From Octopus vulgaris (lineage: Eukaryota): a stretch of 64,000 nucleotides of DNA. The notes under the pieces were generated by a model. It saw only the letters and a list, made by a program, of their open reading frames with translations. It was not told the origin of the DNA and did no database searches. The translations under genes were made by a program, and so were the position numbers. The stretch covers positions 12,710,001 through 12,774,000 of the forward strand of contig OX597819.1 of NCBI GenBank assembly GCA_951406725.2. The letters are read 5' to 3'. Below, in pieces: positions 62,219 to 64,000 of this stretch (its first letter is position 1; each line of letters begins with the position of its first letter).

Positions 62219-63641
62219 GTAAATAATAAATACACTTTTACCAAATGTCATAAACCCTTTCATTACATTGCTTTAAAATCTTTATAAATTCTGGTTTTTC
62301 AGGTTCTTTTTTTTATAGTTTAACAGGGCTCTGTATCTCAGAAGTGTACAAAATGTAAAATATATATAATTCATGTAAGATAGCTCTTAAAACATTACAA
62401 AAATATTTTCTATCAGAAGTATTAGTCACTGTTCGTAGAAGAGGTAGATGTGATGGTCCATAGGGTGCAGCAAAAAATGTCCCAGATTCACTATTCTTGG
62501 CCAATGTTTCAACAGTGTATGTAATAAATGTGCAACAGTCCAAACCATGATGGTAGCCGAAAGAAAAGAAACAGTAAAAGATTGGTTTCACATTTTGGCA
62601 CAAGGCCAGCAAGGTTGGAGTTGGGTGGGGCTAAGTCAATTACATTGACCTCGGTGCTGAGTTGGTACTTACTTTAGCAACCCCCAAAAGGATGAAAGGC
62701 AAAGTTTTAACCTCAGTGGAATTTGAACTCAGAACATAAAGATGGATGAAATGTCCCTAAGCATTTTGCCTGCTGTGCTAACAATTCTGCCAAGTTCACC
62801 ACCTTAAACAGTAAAATAGCTGCACGGACACCGTTATCACCTGCCTTATTTTACTAGAGCCACATTCGTAGCTGTGTAAAATATGGGGGGGGGGCTTCAC
62901 TGCTGCACCTTGTACAGTCTTGACCATTAAGTTACCTTAGTCCAATGGTGAAGAGTCTAAAATGATTGGCAGTGGCTGACAACAGACCATCGTCCACTGA
63001 AGGTGTATAATCAATCTGTCACCCTCTCTTCCACTGGACTTTGAACTTCAGTGTAGCTTTTGGCATCGGAGACAAGACAGGTTGTTAACATTTGATGAAG
63101 ATTCTGTTGTGTGAGCCTCTGGAGGAAGTGGTGACTTAATGCCTGTTTTTCAAGTTGACTACGAAGACTTGGCTACACCATGCCAAATATTTAGGTGGGG
63201 GGTGGGGTGGCACCGGAAGGGGTCGTAGGGAGTAACACCCCTGCCTTCCTGAGCTAGTTTTCCACCACATTTCTTAAAAATCGTGGTAAAGGCCTTGTTT
63301 TTGGGACCACTCATGTCTAGAAACTGAGGTTGGGGGTAAGCGAGGGCATGCTCCCTGTAGAAAATCCAGATCCAAAAAAGCCTCATGATAGCAAAGGAGA
63401 ATGGGCACCAACCAGCCCAAAGTTTGGGGTGGGCTGCACCTTCCTACCTCAGTTGCTATGGCATTGAGGTAGATCTGGCCACCCCTGTTAACGGGGAACA
63501 AAGCCTGGATTTAAAACACTGGACGATGTAATTTTATCATGTTTCATATGTCTAATATCACAGATATGTCAGTTATATTCTAATGACAAAAAAAACCCTA
63601 ATTTCTAAAGAACTGAAGACCATCTTAATTCTATGTTTCAG

Positions 63642-63746
63642 GATATGTTGGCGTTACAAGTGATAACAATGTTCAAGAATATATTTGAATTGGCTGGTCT
63701 TGAGCTCTACTTGAAGCCATACAGAGTTGTTGCGACTAATCCTGGG
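63642..63746 (+). CDS. PI4KA: PI4KA exon 27 ([35 protein letters not shown])
   Basis: tttcag / gtaagt; phase 0-0. Confidence 0.96.
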
Positions 63747-64000
63747 GTAAGTTGGTTTATCCACAAACCTACCACTGCTTCTAATTGGTAAACTGTGAGA
63801 AAGGGAAATATTTGCTGGTGATTATACAATGATGTGAGAAATTGACTTCCCCATCATATGGTTTCAGGTTCAGTTCCACTGCATGGCACATTGGGCAAAT
63901 GTGGCTTTTTCTATAGCCCTGGGCTGACCAAAGCCTTGTTAGTGGATTTCGTAGATGGAAAATAAAAGCTCAACAAGTGAGAGAGAGAGAGTGTGTGTGT

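Larger units (their letters stand above)
526..63746 (+). other. PI4KA: PI4KA gene body (partial; 27 coding exons in window, both ends outside)
   Basis: Spliced translation follows the human PI4KA sequence as I recall it, in order ([11 protein letters not shown], FPxLLWSG, KDFAAR, CWEWLLA, LREDI, [14 protein letters not shown], [38 protein letters not shown], FKVGDDxRQDMLALQ); every junction is phase-compatible. Confidence 0.97.

Noticed and set aside
63444-63472. Hairpin containing TGAGGTAG (let-7 5' 8-mer)
   Set aside because: Rest of mature let-7 is absent and the stem is too short for a pre-miRNA; lies in a probable retroelement UTR (about 62950-63530)

Overview
AT-rich, repeat-dense animal genomic DNA, not prokaryotic. 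The SINE families present point to an octopus (inferred). The whole window lies inside one plus-strand gene, phosphatidylinositol 4-kinase alpha (PI4KA/PI4KIIIalpha). I could trace 27 GT-AG exons (526-63746; 3081 nt, 1027 codons, all splice phases compatible). They run from the alpha-solenoid region through the PIK helical domain into the kinase N-lobe ([11 protein letters not shown]); the N- and C-termini lie outside the window. The introns hold three tRNA-derived SINE families, RTE LINE remnants, an R4/Dong-type LINE fragment in (TAA)n, a head-to-head Penelope pair, two mariner relics, a Helitron, piggyBac/hAT/pogo-type MITEs and several long fold-backs. Three things stand out. (1) A tRNA-headed short element has a decayed Penelope-type minimal hammerhead ribozyme in its tail and occurs as inverted dimers; further decayed hammerheads lie elsewhere. 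(2) Frame-preserving candidate cassette/micro-exons, one with a GC donor, cluster in the two 10-kb phase-1 introns. (3) A hairpin contains a 23-nt copy of a nearby exon. Almost all ORFs in the supplied track are repeat or microsatellite artefacts. Exon numbers are local to this window, and repeat boundaries are approximate unless TSDs are given.
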